A stretch of 64,000 bases of DNA from Pristiophorus japonicus (lineage: Eukaryota): positions 17,546,001 to 17,610,000 of the forward strand of contig NC_091995.1 in assembly GCF_044704955.1 (NCBI RefSeq). The letters run 5' to 3'. This document shows, piece after piece, positions 49,559 through 61,249 of the stretch (within the stretch, counting starts at the first letter, position 1; each line of letters begins with the position of its first letter). The notes beneath the pieces were generated by a model. The model searched no databases, had not been told where the DNA came from, and saw only the letters and a program-made list of their open reading frames with translations. A program made the position numbers and the translations under genes.

Positions 49559-51302
49559 GAATACTTTGCATCTGTCTTCACTGGAGAAGAGGATGCTGCT
49601 AATGTAGCAGCAAAGGAGGAAGTAGTGGTGATATTGGATAGGATATAAATATTTTAAGAGGGGGTACTTAAAAGTTAGGCAGTCCTCAAAGCCAAGTGGT
49701 CCAGGTGGAATGCATCTTAGTTTCCTGAGGGAATTAAGGATGGAAATTGCAGAGGCTTTGGCCACAATCTTCCAAGCCTCGTTAGATATGGGGATGGTTC
49801 CAGGGGACTGGTGGATGGCAGATGTTACACCACAGTTTACAAAAACGGGACAGGAATAAATTTGGTGACTACAGACTAGTGAGCCTGATTTCCAGAAGGT
49901 GCCACATAAGATGTTACTGCACAAGATAAAAGCTCACGGGGTTGGGGGTAATATATTAGCATGGATAGAGGATTGGCTAACTAACAGAAAACAGAGAGTC
50001 GGGATAAATGGTCATTTTCAGGTTCGCAAACTGTAAATAATGGGGTGCCGCAGGGATCGGTGCTGGATCCTCAACTATTTACAATCTATATTCATGACTT
50101 GGATGAAGGGACCAAATGTAATGTAGCCAGGTTTGCTGATGATACAAGATGTGTGAGAAAGCAGATTTTGAGAAGGACATAAAAAATCTGCAAAGGGATA
50201 TAGACAGGCTAAGTGAGTGGGCAAGAATTTGGCAGATAGAGTATAATGTGGGAAAATGTGAGTTTTTCCGCTTTGGCAGAAATAATAGAACAGCAAATTA
50301 TAATTTAAGTGGAAAAACATTGCAAAGTTCTGCAGTACCGAAAGACCTGGGGGTGCTTGTGCATGGAACAAAAAAAGTTATTATGCAGGTTTAGCAAGTA
50401 ATCAGGAAGGTAAATGGAATGTTGGCCTTTATTGCAAGGGAGATAGAGTACAAAAGCAGAGAAGTCCTGCTACAACTGTACAGGGTATTGGTGAGGCCAC
50501 ACCTGGAGTACTGCGTGCAATTTTGGCCTTCGTATTTAAGGAAGGATATACTTGCATCGGAGGCTGTTCAGAGAATGTTTACTAGGTTGAATCCGGAGAT
50601 GAGGGGGTTGACTTATGAGGATAGGTTCAGCAGATTGGGCCTATACATATTGGAGCTCAGAAGAATGAGAGGTGATCTTATTGAAATTGATAAGAAAATG
50701 AGGGGACTCGGCAAGGTGGATGCAGAGAGAATATTTCCACTCATAGGGTAAACTAAAACAAGGGACATAGTTTTAGAATAAGGGACTGCCCATTTAAAAC
50801 TGAGATAAGGAGACATTTCTTCTCTCAGAAGCTTGTAAATCTATGGAATTCTCTGTCCCACAGAGCTGCGGAGGCCGAGTTATTGAATATATTTAAGGCG
50901 GAGATAGACAGATTTTTGAGTGATAATGGTTATGGGGAGCAGGCATGGAAGGAGAGCTGAGTCCATGATCAGATCAGCCATGATGTTATTGAATGGCGGA
51001 GCAGGCTCGAGGGGCTAAATGGCCTACTTCTGCTCTTATTTCTTATGTTCTTAAGTTCTTATGAGCCTAACTTCGGTGGTGGAGAAACGTTTAGCAAAAA
51101 TAAAATGGGTCAAACCTTTACTGGCATTCGGACACGTGTGGGCTAATAAATGAAAGTCAGCACAGTTTTGTTAAAGATAAATCCTGATTGACTAACTTGA
51201 TTGAATTATTTGATGAAGTAATGGAGCGGGTTGATGTTGAGTAGTTTGATTGAAGTGCAGATGGACTTTGAAAAGGCGTTTGACAAAGTGTCACATAATA
51301 GA

Positions 51303-51866
51303 TAAGGGAGCAGCATGCGGTATCTGAAATCGGCGCGGTCCCGGCCTGCAAGACCATCAGCAGGCCGGAGCCATCAGAGGGAGCAGCGTGCGGTGGCATA
51401 CCACTGCAGGAGGACGAATGCTGCAAAGTCCGGTCGTTGATTGCAGTGCGGGCAGGCACAGCACGAGGGGAGAAGGAGCGGCAAGTGTTTGTAGAAGGAA
51501 GTAACTACGGCCCAGGAGATGCCTGAGTCTGAGGCCCAGAAGAGGCGAGGGCCCAGGAGCAGCATGAGTCAGCCCACGATGCTATATATGTGCGTGCTCT
51601 GTCCATGCAGCAGAGCTGGTCTCCAGTCGTATTGGGTAATCCTTGCCACTGGACCAAGGTCTAGCTCTGTCAAGCCCGTGTGGTGGTTGGTGTGCAACGG
51701 CCACCACACGTTAAAAAAATTCACACACAAGCATCTTCCACCCTCCAAGATATAGTTTGGGATCTGAAATCTTAGGTCCTTTATTGAAACACCTGTGAAC
51801 TCATTCCTTTTTGCCCTGGAAGCAAGTGATCCTCGCTTCGAGGGATTGCCTATGAAAATGATGATG
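51303..51866 (+). mobile_element. Non-autonomous retroelement with (ATG)n tail, probably RTE-derived
   Basis: 10-bp TSD ACATAATAGA (51293-51302 and 51867-51876) interrupting a CR1 RT fragment. Ends cttcgagggattgcctatgaaaatgatgatg. The family assignment is from memory. Confidence 0.6.
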
Positions 51867-54542
51867 ACATAATAGACTTGTAAGCACAATTAAAGATCAT
51901 GGGATTAAAGGAGCAGTAGGGATGAAATTGGCCAAGGCACAGCAAGCAGAGAGTAGTGGTGAACGGTAGGTTTTCAGACTGGAGGGAAGTGTGCAGTGGT
52001 GCTCTCCAACAGTCGGTATTGGGAACCCTGTTCTTTGATATATATTCATGACCTGAATTTCTGCAAACAGGACATAATTTCAAAGGTTGCAGTTGAAATA
52101 AAACTCGGAAATTAAATAAATAATAAGCAGAAAACTTCAGGAGGACATAGACATACTGGTAAAATGTGTAGACACATGGCAGATGCAAATTAACGTAGAG
52201 AAGTCTGAAGTGATACATTTTGGTAGAAAGAATGGCAGAGGCCATTATAAACTAATATAAACTAAATTATAACGTTTTAAAGGCAGTGCAGGAACAGGGA
52301 GACGCAGGCTTGTATGGACACACATCTTTGAAGGTGGCAGAACAAGTTGAGAATGGTGTTAACAAGTCTAATGGAACACTTGGCTTTTTTAAGAGGAAAA
52401 ACATTACAAAATCAAGGCGGTTGAGCTGAAGCTTTGTGAAACATTGGTTAAGGCTCACCTAGAGTGTTGTGTTCAATTCTGGGCACGATACTTTAAGAAG
52501 AATTCAAGGTCTTAGAGAGGGTGCAGAAGAGATTTGCTAGAATGGGACCAGGTCTGAAGGACTTCAGTTATGTGGACAGACTGGAGAAGCTGGGTTGGTT
52601 CTCACTAGAGCAGAGAACGTTAAGAGATTTGTTAGAGGTGTTTAAAATCATGAACGATTTTAGTGTAAATAAGGAGAACTTGTTTCAGTGACAGAAGGGT
52701 CGGTAACCAGAGGTCACGGATGTTAGTCGAATACCAAAAGAACCAGAGGTGACATGAGGAAACACTTTTTTTCACAGTGAGTTATTGTGCTCTGGAATGG
52801 AAAGGCAGTAACCCTCAAGGGAATTGGATAAATACTTGAAGGGTAAAACGAAAAACTATGGGGAACGAGCAGGGTGAGAGGGTTGATTGGATAGCTCTAC
52901 CAAGCAGTTGGCACAATCACAATTGGCCGAATGGTCCCCTTCTGTGCTGTGTCATTCTATGGTTCGATGATTTATATTTCTTAATGATAAAACCTCCCCC
53001 ATGCCTCAAATACATTTGTCCATTGAATAGGGGATTGGCACAGAACACCAAGCAAGTAACACCAGTGGAGTTCTGCTAGTGTTGGGGAGAGGTGGATCAA
53101 TGCCACTGAGTTAGAGATGGAGCAGTAGCTAGATTCTTTTTATTCATTGGATCTTCATCGTCCATATAATTGAAATTGCATGTGTGTGGTACTCTGCTGC
53201 ATATAGCATAGAATGGTTACAGCACAGAAAATGAGGCCATTTGGACAACTGAACCAGTGCCAGTTCTCTGCAAGAGCACTTCAGCTAGTCCCAATCCCCC
53301 TACCCTTTTCCCATAAGCCTGTATTTTTTCCCTTCAGGTACTTATCCAATTCCCTTTTGAAAGCCACGATTGAATCTGCCTCTGCCACCCTCTCAGGCAG
53401 TACATTCCAGTTTATGACCACACCCTACGTAAAAAACATTTTCCTCATGTAGCTTTTTGCCAATCACCTTAAATCTGTGTCCTCTGATTCTCGACCGTTC
53501 TGACAATGGGAACAGTTTCTCTCTGTCTACTCTGTTGAGACCCCTCATGATTTGGAATGTCAAATCTCCTCAACCTTCTCTGCTCCAAGGAGAACAACCC
53601 CAGCTTCTCCAGTCGACCCACGTAGCTGAAGTGCCTTATTTCCGGAACCATTCTTGTAAATATTTTCTGCACTCTCTCTATGGTTGTCACATCTTTCCTA
53701 AATTACGAAGCCCAGAATTGGACACAATACACTAGGTGAGGCCGAATCTTTATAAAGGTTCATCATAACTTCATTGCCTTTGTACTCTATAGAGGAGAAA
53801 TTCAGGGCATTTGCACCTCCTGTTCGTGGGGCGTAAACGACATTTCACCCGGGTATGGTGCTGCTAGCGACTCCCGCATAATTCCAGAAGTGAAGGGTGG
53901 AGAGTTGAGTTATTTGCCCAAATTCGGCCCAGCAAATGCCCGCGAAGTTCTTAGGACTGATAAATGCAGATGTAAAGTCTGCTTTTATCAGTGTAAGACT
54001 TTTAAAGGACAGAAAACATTTTTTTTCAATAACTTCAACATTTCAACATCTATTAAATCAGGTACGTTTATTTTAGACCCTTTAAAATATCTACATTTGT
54101 TTTTCAATGTTAAAAAAATAATTAAATGCCATTTTGATTAATTTTAAATATGTGACTTTTTTTTGCATTTTTTTTAAGTGTTTGCGTATTTTTTTTGAGC
54201 TCACCAGAAGCATGAATGAGGATCCTCCTACGTGGATTGCTTGGGCCGGCCTACGTGATCCCAGTGATGTGTGCGAAGCGCTTATGTTTTTGGGATATGT
54301 GGGCCTCTCCCAGGCCTTCACGTAGAGGCCCAGCACCAGACGTCTCCTGATCTCCGGGGCCACCCTGGAAATTCGTTGAAATCTATCAGGTCGGAGGCAT
54401 TCACTGGCGGGAAGCCTCCAATCGCAATTTCTGAGCCAATATTGAGTTCAAATGTGGCATTTTTCACTCTGAGGCACATTTTGCTTTTACCTCACATACG
54501 TGTGTGTGCCCAAAACCATGATTCATTGACAGTAAACACATT

Positions 54543-54628
54543 CTATGCCCGAATTTCAGTAACTGTGAGGTTACCTACCACATCGTTAGAATCAATCCCA
54601 CGGACTGAGCCAACCATATATATAATAT
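54543..54628 (-). CDS. Gene B candidate last coding exon (DIIYMVGSVRGIDSNDVVGNLTVTEIRA-stop)
   Basis: Strong acceptor ttctctttgttttcag, phase 1, open to TAG at 54545-54543. An internal donor (G|gtaggt at 54579) could extend the gene further. Confidence 0.45.
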
Positions 54629-55093
54629 CTGAAAACAAAGAGAACAATTAACGGTGGGGATTTGTTACATTTCTAAAGGACAGCTGTAGGAAGCAACCTT
54701 TTAGGAAATCAAAAGTATGACTCGGAGCAAAATTATTGCATAAAATGTAATGGCATTATGAAAACATTCACTGTACGTAAATGTTTATAGTCACAAGCAC
54801 GCAGTCTGGTGACACAGCAAATCCGACCGTCAATATAGCTAAAAGGAAAAGTACCTGAGTTCAAAGGAAAGGAGAGGGTACAATATTAGGAATACATTCT
54901 AATATGCCCCCATTTGGTCACATTAATTATAACCATACAGTTAGCGTTACTTATATTAACGGTTAGTTATATCACCGCCCTTATCGCGGGTTACTCTGAG
55001 CCGGACTAAGTAATATCGCACAAATAAGTTATATCTTGAAAGGCTAATATAGAAAATAGTAACTTGTAAGTAACAAAATGGAACAATCCTTAC

Positions 55094-55255
55094 CACGTGG
55101 GTGGATATCGTCGTATGCCTCGTCATCACTGAACCACAAAGGGAGGAAGAAGCAAATGGTTACCTTTTTAAAGCATTCGGCGCAGGTCAGAGAAACATAA
55201 AGGCAGCAAAATGTCACAGAGAGACCTACGCACCATTGCAGGGGTAGAGAGACGT
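55094..55255 (-). CDS. Gene B cytoplasmic module 5: micro-exons 55255-55234 (22 nt) and 55128-55094 (35 nt), DVSLPLQCDDEAYDDIHPR
   Basis: ttttgtgtttccacag|...|gtgcgt and ccctttgtggttcag|...|gtaagg; phases 1-2 and 2-1. Confidence 0.75.
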
Positions 55256-55717
55256 CTGTGGAAACACAAAAGGAACAAACAGGAAAATCGTAACTCTGTT
55301 ATATCTGAAACAATATTTAGTACAGCTGCATTTTAAACCGCGTCTCAGTTGTGCTTATCATCTGTGTATAATAATTAATGCACGTTTATCTGCGGCCAGT
55401 GGGAGTGGGAAGGGTTATGTCGGCTCCCATACCATTATGGGAACCAGTCTAATTCAAACGCAAAATACAGGCTGAGCGCGCCCTTGCTCACTGTCTAGAA
55501 TGGCAAAGTTTAGGACCGTTCCAGTGAGCGTAGTTGAACTGAATATAATGAAGCATTAAACCGATCACGTGTAGCTGATCCAACAGATCAAAAGCGAAGT
55601 CATACTAATCAAAATAAATTACTCTTCAGAGATTATGGCTAAAGTATAGCATTAATATGGAGCACGGGCACTCAGCACTCTAGACGGGCGCTGTAATAGC
55701 GCTCCAACTAAGGTTGT

Positions 55718-55896
55718 TGCTGATATTTTAAACAATGGCCGGGCGGGAAACCCGCGAATCCGGGTGGGACACCGGTTTTACACCCCGATATTCCCTTCCA
55801 TTGACTTCAATGGTGAGTAAATCCCTGCGGGTGTACAACCGGTTTTGCACTCGATCTCATCAGTTTCCCGACGGCCGGTTAGGTTAAAGTTGCCCC
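55718..55896. repeat. Imperfect palindromic MITE-like element
   Basis: Centre CCATTGA-CT-TCAATGG (55798-55813); arms accggttttacaccc/gggtgtacaaccggt and ggccgggcgggaaac/gtttcccgacggcc. Confidence 0.5.
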
Positions 55897-55949
55897 GGGT
55901 CCAAGAACATAAGGGCAAGAATATTACTTCTGCAACAAGTGACAGTCGG

Positions 55950-57225
55950 CGTGCAGTTCTGGTCACCACATTATAGGAACATGTAATTGCATCAGTAAAG
56001 GTACCGGGGAGATTTACGAGGACGTTGTATTGACTGGAGAATTTTAGCTAAGAGGAAAGATTGGATAGGTTGGGATGGCTTGCATTGGAACCGATGGAGC
56101 ACAGAGGAGACCTAATTGAGATATATAAAATTATGAGGGCCGTAGATAGAGTGGGTAGGAAGAACCTGTTTCCCTTAGCAAAGTGATCAAATATCAGGGG
56201 GCACAGATTTAAAGTAATTGGGGGAATGTTTAGAGGGAACTTGATGAGAGTTTTTTCACCCAGAGGGTGGTGGGTGTCTGGAATACACTGGCTGAAAGGG
56301 TGGTAGAGGCAGAAACTCACATAGCATTTAAAAAGTACTTGGATATGCACTTGAAGTGCAATAACGTACAAAGCGACGATCAAGAGCTGGAAAATGGGAT
56401 TAGGCTGGATAGCTCTTTGTCGGCCGACACAGACACAATGGGCAGAAGGTCTCCTTCTGTGCTGTAAATGTCTATGATTCTGTGAGCCTAACTACCTCCT
56501 CATGACATTTAACGGCCTTACCATCGTCATCCTGGGGGAGGTGAGGGAGGGGTGGTGCGGGTGTGGGGGTGGGGGCGTGGGGGCGGGCACCAGTGACCAG
56601 ACACTTAACTGGACCAGCCACATAAATACTGTGGCTGCAAGCTCAGAGCAGAGGCTGGTATTCTGCAAAGAAAATCTCATTTCCTCACTCCCCAAACCTT
56701 TTCCATCATCTAAAAGACACAAGTCAGGAGTGTCATGGAATGAAGCTCCAGCACACGCAAGCAGCTTGACACCTTCCAGGACAAAGCAGCCCGTTGGATT
56801 GGCACTCCATCCGCCACCTTAAACATTCACTCCCTCCACCACTGGCCCACCGTGGCTGCAGTGTGTACCATCGACAAGATGCACTGCAGCAACTTGCCAA
56901 GGCTTCTACAGCAGCACCTAGCAAACCCGTGAACTCTACCACATAGAAGGACAAGGGCAGCAGGCGCAAGGGAACACCGTCAACTGCAAATTCCCCTCCA
57001 AGGCACACGCCATCCTCATTTGGAAATATATCGGCCATTCCTTCATCGGCGCTCGTTCAAAATCCTGGAACTCCCTCCCTAACAGCACCGTGACCAGAAG
57101 ACCTTCACCAGAAGGACTGCAGTGGTTCAGGAAGGTGGCTCACCACCACCTTCCCAAGGTTAATTAGGGATGGGCAGTAAATGCTAGCCTTGCCAGCAAC
57201 ACCCACATCTCAGGAACTAAAAAAA
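55950..57225 (+). mobile_element. CR1 3' fragment (~55950-56480) and a second LINE 3' end (~56590-57225) in a gene B intron
   Basis: The second fragment is an uninterrupted homologue of the sequence split by the solo LTR and the ERV (8336-8414 + 16045-16295). Confidence 0.7.
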
Positions 57226-57344
57226 ATAGCAAGCAGCAAGCTGCTGAGGTTGTTCCTGAGCAATTCACACAAGTATAATACTGAGGCCTCAGTGAAACTT
57301 GTCAATTTGAAAATTTAAGTGAATCTTTAATCGGCGGTGCTCAC

Positions 57345-57502
57345 CATCTACATTAGTTTCATCGTGAGGCAGCTCATTCCTTCGGAACAACAGACAAATA
57401 AGAGAAAATTAGTTACTAAACTAACTACAGAACAATTAGAATAAAAGTTGATGAAAAGTTTAACTCTGAGATTCACCGACCTTCCAAATTGTGGAGGAAC
57501 AT
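57345..57502 (-). CDS. Gene B cytoplasmic module 4: micro-exons 57502-57481 (22 nt) and 57379-57345 (35 nt), DVPPQFGRNELPHDETNVD
   Basis: ttttacctttgcag|...|gtcggt and tgttgttccgaag|...|gtgagc; phases 1-2 and 2-1. Confidence 0.7.
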
Positions 57503-58304
57503 CTGCAAAGGTAAAAGTTAACAATGAAAGATTTGCAGCTTTGATGCAACCTGTCTAAAGACACATTGACTACAGGAAACTGTTTCCCATGTCGGGCAGG
57601 TCAGTAGACAAAGGACACAGATTTAAAATAATTGGCAAAAAAACCAGAGGGGAGTTGAGGAGATTTTTTTATGCGGTGATATGGAAAGCACTACCTGAGA
57701 GAATGGGAAAAGCAGGTTCCCTTTCCGTCCCCCACCCAGATCTTCTCTCTCTACCATATTCTCTCCCTCAGCTCCTCGATGCTCCTGTCGCGATATTCCC
57801 TCCTCCCACCGCCCCCCCCGCCATGCTCCAAACCCGAACTTCTCCTCCACACTGGCCCCCCCCCACCCGATGCTCCTGGCTCGACTTTCTCTCCCTCGCC
57901 TCCTCGATGCTCCAGCCCCGTTGCTTCCCTCCCTCCTCCCCAATCCTCGTCTGGCCACTGATGACCCTCCCCCCTCCCCCGCCTTGCATGCAGCTGATCC
58001 TCCCCCATCCCCATCTCCCTGCAATGTAGTGCTACAACCTCTCCATCTGGCTGGCTGCGGGTAGGGAGTCAAAAGTTTGAAATGCAAATCAGGCCCTACC
58101 AGCAAGACCTGCGGGAAACCTGTTCCCCGGGTTTCTCAACCGCTTCCAAGCAACCGTCCTACCAACCAGCCTCCCGATTAAAATTCCTGCCATCGTATCA
58201 CGCAATCACTAGCCCCAATGATACCAGTTATTTCAGCATGTGTCACTGATCCAAACACAGGCCCCCGTTGGTACTCGTGACTCAGTAGTACGTGCATGTT
58301 TTGT

Positions 58305-58700
58305 TATCATTCTATCACGGGATGTGGGCATTGCTGGCGAGGGCTGTATTTATTGCCATCCAAATTGCCTTCGAGAAGATGGTAGTGAGCCGCCTTCTTG
58401 AACCACAGAGGACAATTAAGAATCAACGAACAGTGCGTGGGTCTGGAGTCACATGTAGGACAGACCAAGTAAGGAACACAGATTTCGTACCCTAAATGAC
58501 ATCTGTGAATCAGATGTTTTTTTTTAACAGCAATCCGGTTGATTCATGGTCAGCATTACTGAAACTAGCTTTTTAATTCCAGACTTATTTAATTAATGAC
58601 ATTTAAATTCCCCAGCTGCCATGGTGGGATTTTGAAAACTCATGTCCCCAGATCATTCGACCTCTGGATTACTAGTCCAGTAACATAAGCACGATGCTAC
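58305..58700 (-). mobile_element. tRNA-derived SINE (second family)
   Basis: Matches 737-1130 (gggtctggagtcaca..., ggattactagtccagtaacat). Confidence 0.6.
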
Positions 58701-58723
58701 CATGCTCCATATGCTTCACTCAC

Positions 58724-58886
58724 CAGCTGGATTAATTTCATCATAGGTCGAAAAAGTGCTCTCCATCCAGGATCTGAGAAAGAAGAAAAGAAAATCACAT
58801 AGCTATTGAAAAAAAAAATCCAGCTAATTAAAAAAAGATTCACCCTCTATGACCACCAACCAACCTTTGAGCTTGCGGACCTAACT
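58724..58886 (-). CDS. Gene B cytoplasmic module 3: micro-exons 58886-58865 (22 nt) and 58773-58724 (50 nt), ELGPQAQRSWMESTFSTYDEINPA
   Basis: ttttgttcccacag|...|gttggt and ttcttctttctcag|...|gtgagt; phases 1-2 and 2-1. Confidence 0.75.
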
Positions 58887-59110
58887 CTGTGGGAACAAAA
58901 GTCAAAAATTAAGGTTTATCCATGGATGCAAACAAAGCAATTGATTCTGTGAAATAAGATTCAAATTACATGTGCCTCTTATATGCATCCAGCAACAGTA
59001 ATCAGTTAACCTACTTAAGCCATTTACTAAAAATAATTGGTAATTAAAAAAATAATGCTTAAAAGACTTTTAAAATATTGACCAGTTAAATACATGTAAC
59101 TAATACTCAC

Positions 59111-59284
59111 CATTAAAATTAATATTATTGCAAGGCGCAATATTGCTTTGGGATTAAAGCAAAAAAGAAAAAAAGGTTTCAGTGGATTGAATATCAATAT
59201 GTATATCAAGTGAATAAAAGATCAAGAGAAGTGTAATCTTCACTTTGATATTCACTGACCATTGTAACCGTGCTGGTCCGCAGG
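59111..59284 (-). CDS. Gene B cytoplasmic module 2: micro-exons 59284-59260 (25 nt) and 59145-59111 (35 nt), PCGPARLQCNIAPCNNINFN
   Basis: ttttattcccgcag|...|gtcagt and polyT..cccaaag|...|gtgagt; phases 1-2 and 2-1; open frame. Confidence 0.68.
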
Positions 59285-59669
59285 CTGCGGGAATAAAAGG
59301 TGATATAGGAAGTGTTACAACTTTAGTATGGGTGTACGGTAGCATAATGGTTATAACAACGTAAGAAATAGGAGCAGGGTTAGGCCAACCGGCCCGTCGG
59401 GTCTGCTCTGCCATTCAACAAGATCATGGCTGATCTTCTATCTCAGATCCTCCTTCCCGCCCGATCTCCATATATTGTGATTCCCCATGAGTCCAAAAAT
59501 CTATCCCTCGCTATCTTGAATATACTCAACAACTGAGCATCCACAGCCCTCCGGGGTAGAGAACTCCAAAGATTCACAACCATCGGAGTGAGGAAATTTC
59601 TCCTCAACTCAGTCCTAAATGAGACTGTGATCCCTAGTTGTAGACTCACCAGGTTGTGAAAACTGTTAT

Positions 59670-60150
59670 GTTACTGGACATAAAGCAGAGGCCTGGAGCA
59701 ATGATCTACAAATATGAGCTCAAATCCCACCACGGCAGCTGCTGTGAAATTTAAATTCTGTTAATTTAAATAAATCTGGAATAAAAACTAGTATCAGCAA
59801 TGGTGACTATGAAACGATCGGATTTTAGTAAAAACTGGTCTGGTTCACTAATGTCCTTCAGGGAAGGAAACATAGAAACATAGAAACATAGAAAATAGGT
59901 GCAGGAGTAGGCCATTCGGCCCTTCTAGCCTGCACCGCCATTCAATGAGTTCATGGCTGAACATGCAACTTCAGTACCCCATTCCTGCTTTCTCACCATA
60001 CCCCTTGATTCCCCTTCACCTGGTCTGGCCTATACGTGACTCCAGACCCACAGCAATGTGGTTGACTCTTAATGGCTCTCTGAAATGGCCTAGCAAGCCA
60101 CCGCCAAGGTGACTCACCATCATCTCCTCGAAGGCAATTAGGGATGGGAA
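59670..60150 (+). mobile_element. tRNA-derived SINE (second family) interrupted by a short CR1 3' end (~59868-60013)
   Basis: Opposite-strand match to 737-1130, with a (AAACATAG)n tail inside. Confidence 0.55.
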
Positions 60151-60622
60151 ATGAATGAATAAAAAATAAATACACTTCTCTTATTGAAAGTCAAACATTA
60201 CAACCACAGTCCGGCCAAGATCAACTAATATTTTCAACGGAACGCTAACGGTATCGTTTATATAATAAATCGACTCAATTCCTAGCCACTTACAAATACC
60301 TAGTAGTAATTATAATTATTTAGTATAATCTCTGTACATAAAATGCAAACAGCTCACTGCAACTAGCGAATGTAAAAATAGTAATCTAAGAATTGCTGTT
60401 AATGATATTTACGGAGGGACCTAGCCGCATAATGGAATATGGAATTATTCGGATTATATTTTGAAAATGTGAATTGATTCATCCATTAACAAGGCGGGAA
60501 TGCTAAATATCACACCAACCCGCTTAAGGTTCATTTCCAAATGTAACCCAGATTATTTCCGAACTTTTTCATGCAAAACGTGTTTGTCGTGGAAAAGAGT
60601 GCAATTTGAATAAGTCACTTAC

Positions 60623-60775
60623 GAGCTAAAGGAATGTCATCATAAATTCGATCATTCATTCTAAATCACAAAGCAAAAGGGCACATTATCGAACAGTAGA
60701 AAAACATTTATACATAATTTTTCAATACAAAATTTGGGGGGAGATTTACTAACCTCCGAAATTGTAGGCGAACAA
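60623..60775 (-). CDS. Gene B cytoplasmic module 1: micro-exons 60775-60754 (22 nt) and 60660-60623 (38 nt), VVRLQFRRMNDRIYDDIPLA
   Basis: gatttctacag|...|gttagt and gtgatttag|...|gtaagt; phases 1-2 and 2-1; reading frame continuous from the TM exon. Confidence 0.75.
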
Positions 60776-60834
60776 CTGTAGAAATCAAAATTAATAATAA
60801 AAGTAACAATTTGAATATATACATCATTAAAATC

Positions 60835-61010
60835 AGATTGACTGGTCATTATCACTTTGCTATTTGTGAGAACTTGCTGTGCGCAAATTGGCCGCCGCGT
60901 TTCGCACATTACAAGAATGATTACACGTTAAATGAAATCTGTCTTTGACTGTAAAGCGCTTTGGGAAGTCCGGTGGTCGTGAAAGGCGCTATATGAATGC
61001 AAGTCTTTCT
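60835..61010 (+). mobile_element. DeuSINE-like SINE 3' fragment in a gene B intron
   Basis: Same core and aaggcgctatatgaatgcaagtctttc tail. Confidence 0.6.
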
Positions 61011-61132
61011 TTAAAACAACATGAAAAGCTTTAGCGCAAACCAAATGTCACTGGCACTAACTTGCATTTGAATGAATTAATCTACTTTGTGGATATATCC
61101 GAAAGCGGAATATTGTTCTTTATAATATGTAC

Positions 61133-61249
61133 CTTTTGTCAGACCGTAACCCGCGGAGAACATGAGGAAAACGGCTAAAGCTCCAGAAATGGTATACATT
61201 GATGCGAAGCTGATGGACGACTCGTCGGATTTCTCTGCGATCGGTTTTG
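61133..61249 (-). CDS. Gene B stalk + TM exon (PKPIAEKSDESSISFASMYTISGALAVFLMFSAGYGLTK)
   Basis: Acceptor ttttgtcttctgcccag, donor G|gtacat, 117 nt, phase 1-1. Hydrophobic stretch with no charged residue in its core. Confidence 0.82.

Larger units (their letters stand above)
43920..53790. mobile_element. Cluster of truncated CR1 fragments on both strands
   Basis: ORFs 44355, 46254, 46527 (QHGFMKGKSCLTNL, YLDFQKAFDKVPH), 48620, 50149, 50419 and 53469. Confidence 0.8.

Noticed and set aside
57589-58105. Pro/Gly-rich ORFs
   Set aside because: Low-complexity C-rich sequence adjoining a CR1 fragment; no splice or domain support.
58724-59284. Direct splice of the 25-nt exon to the 50-nt exon, creating a TGA (pseudogene reading)
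   Set aside because: Two intervening micro-exons (59145-59111, 58886-58865) with good splice sites restore an open frame.
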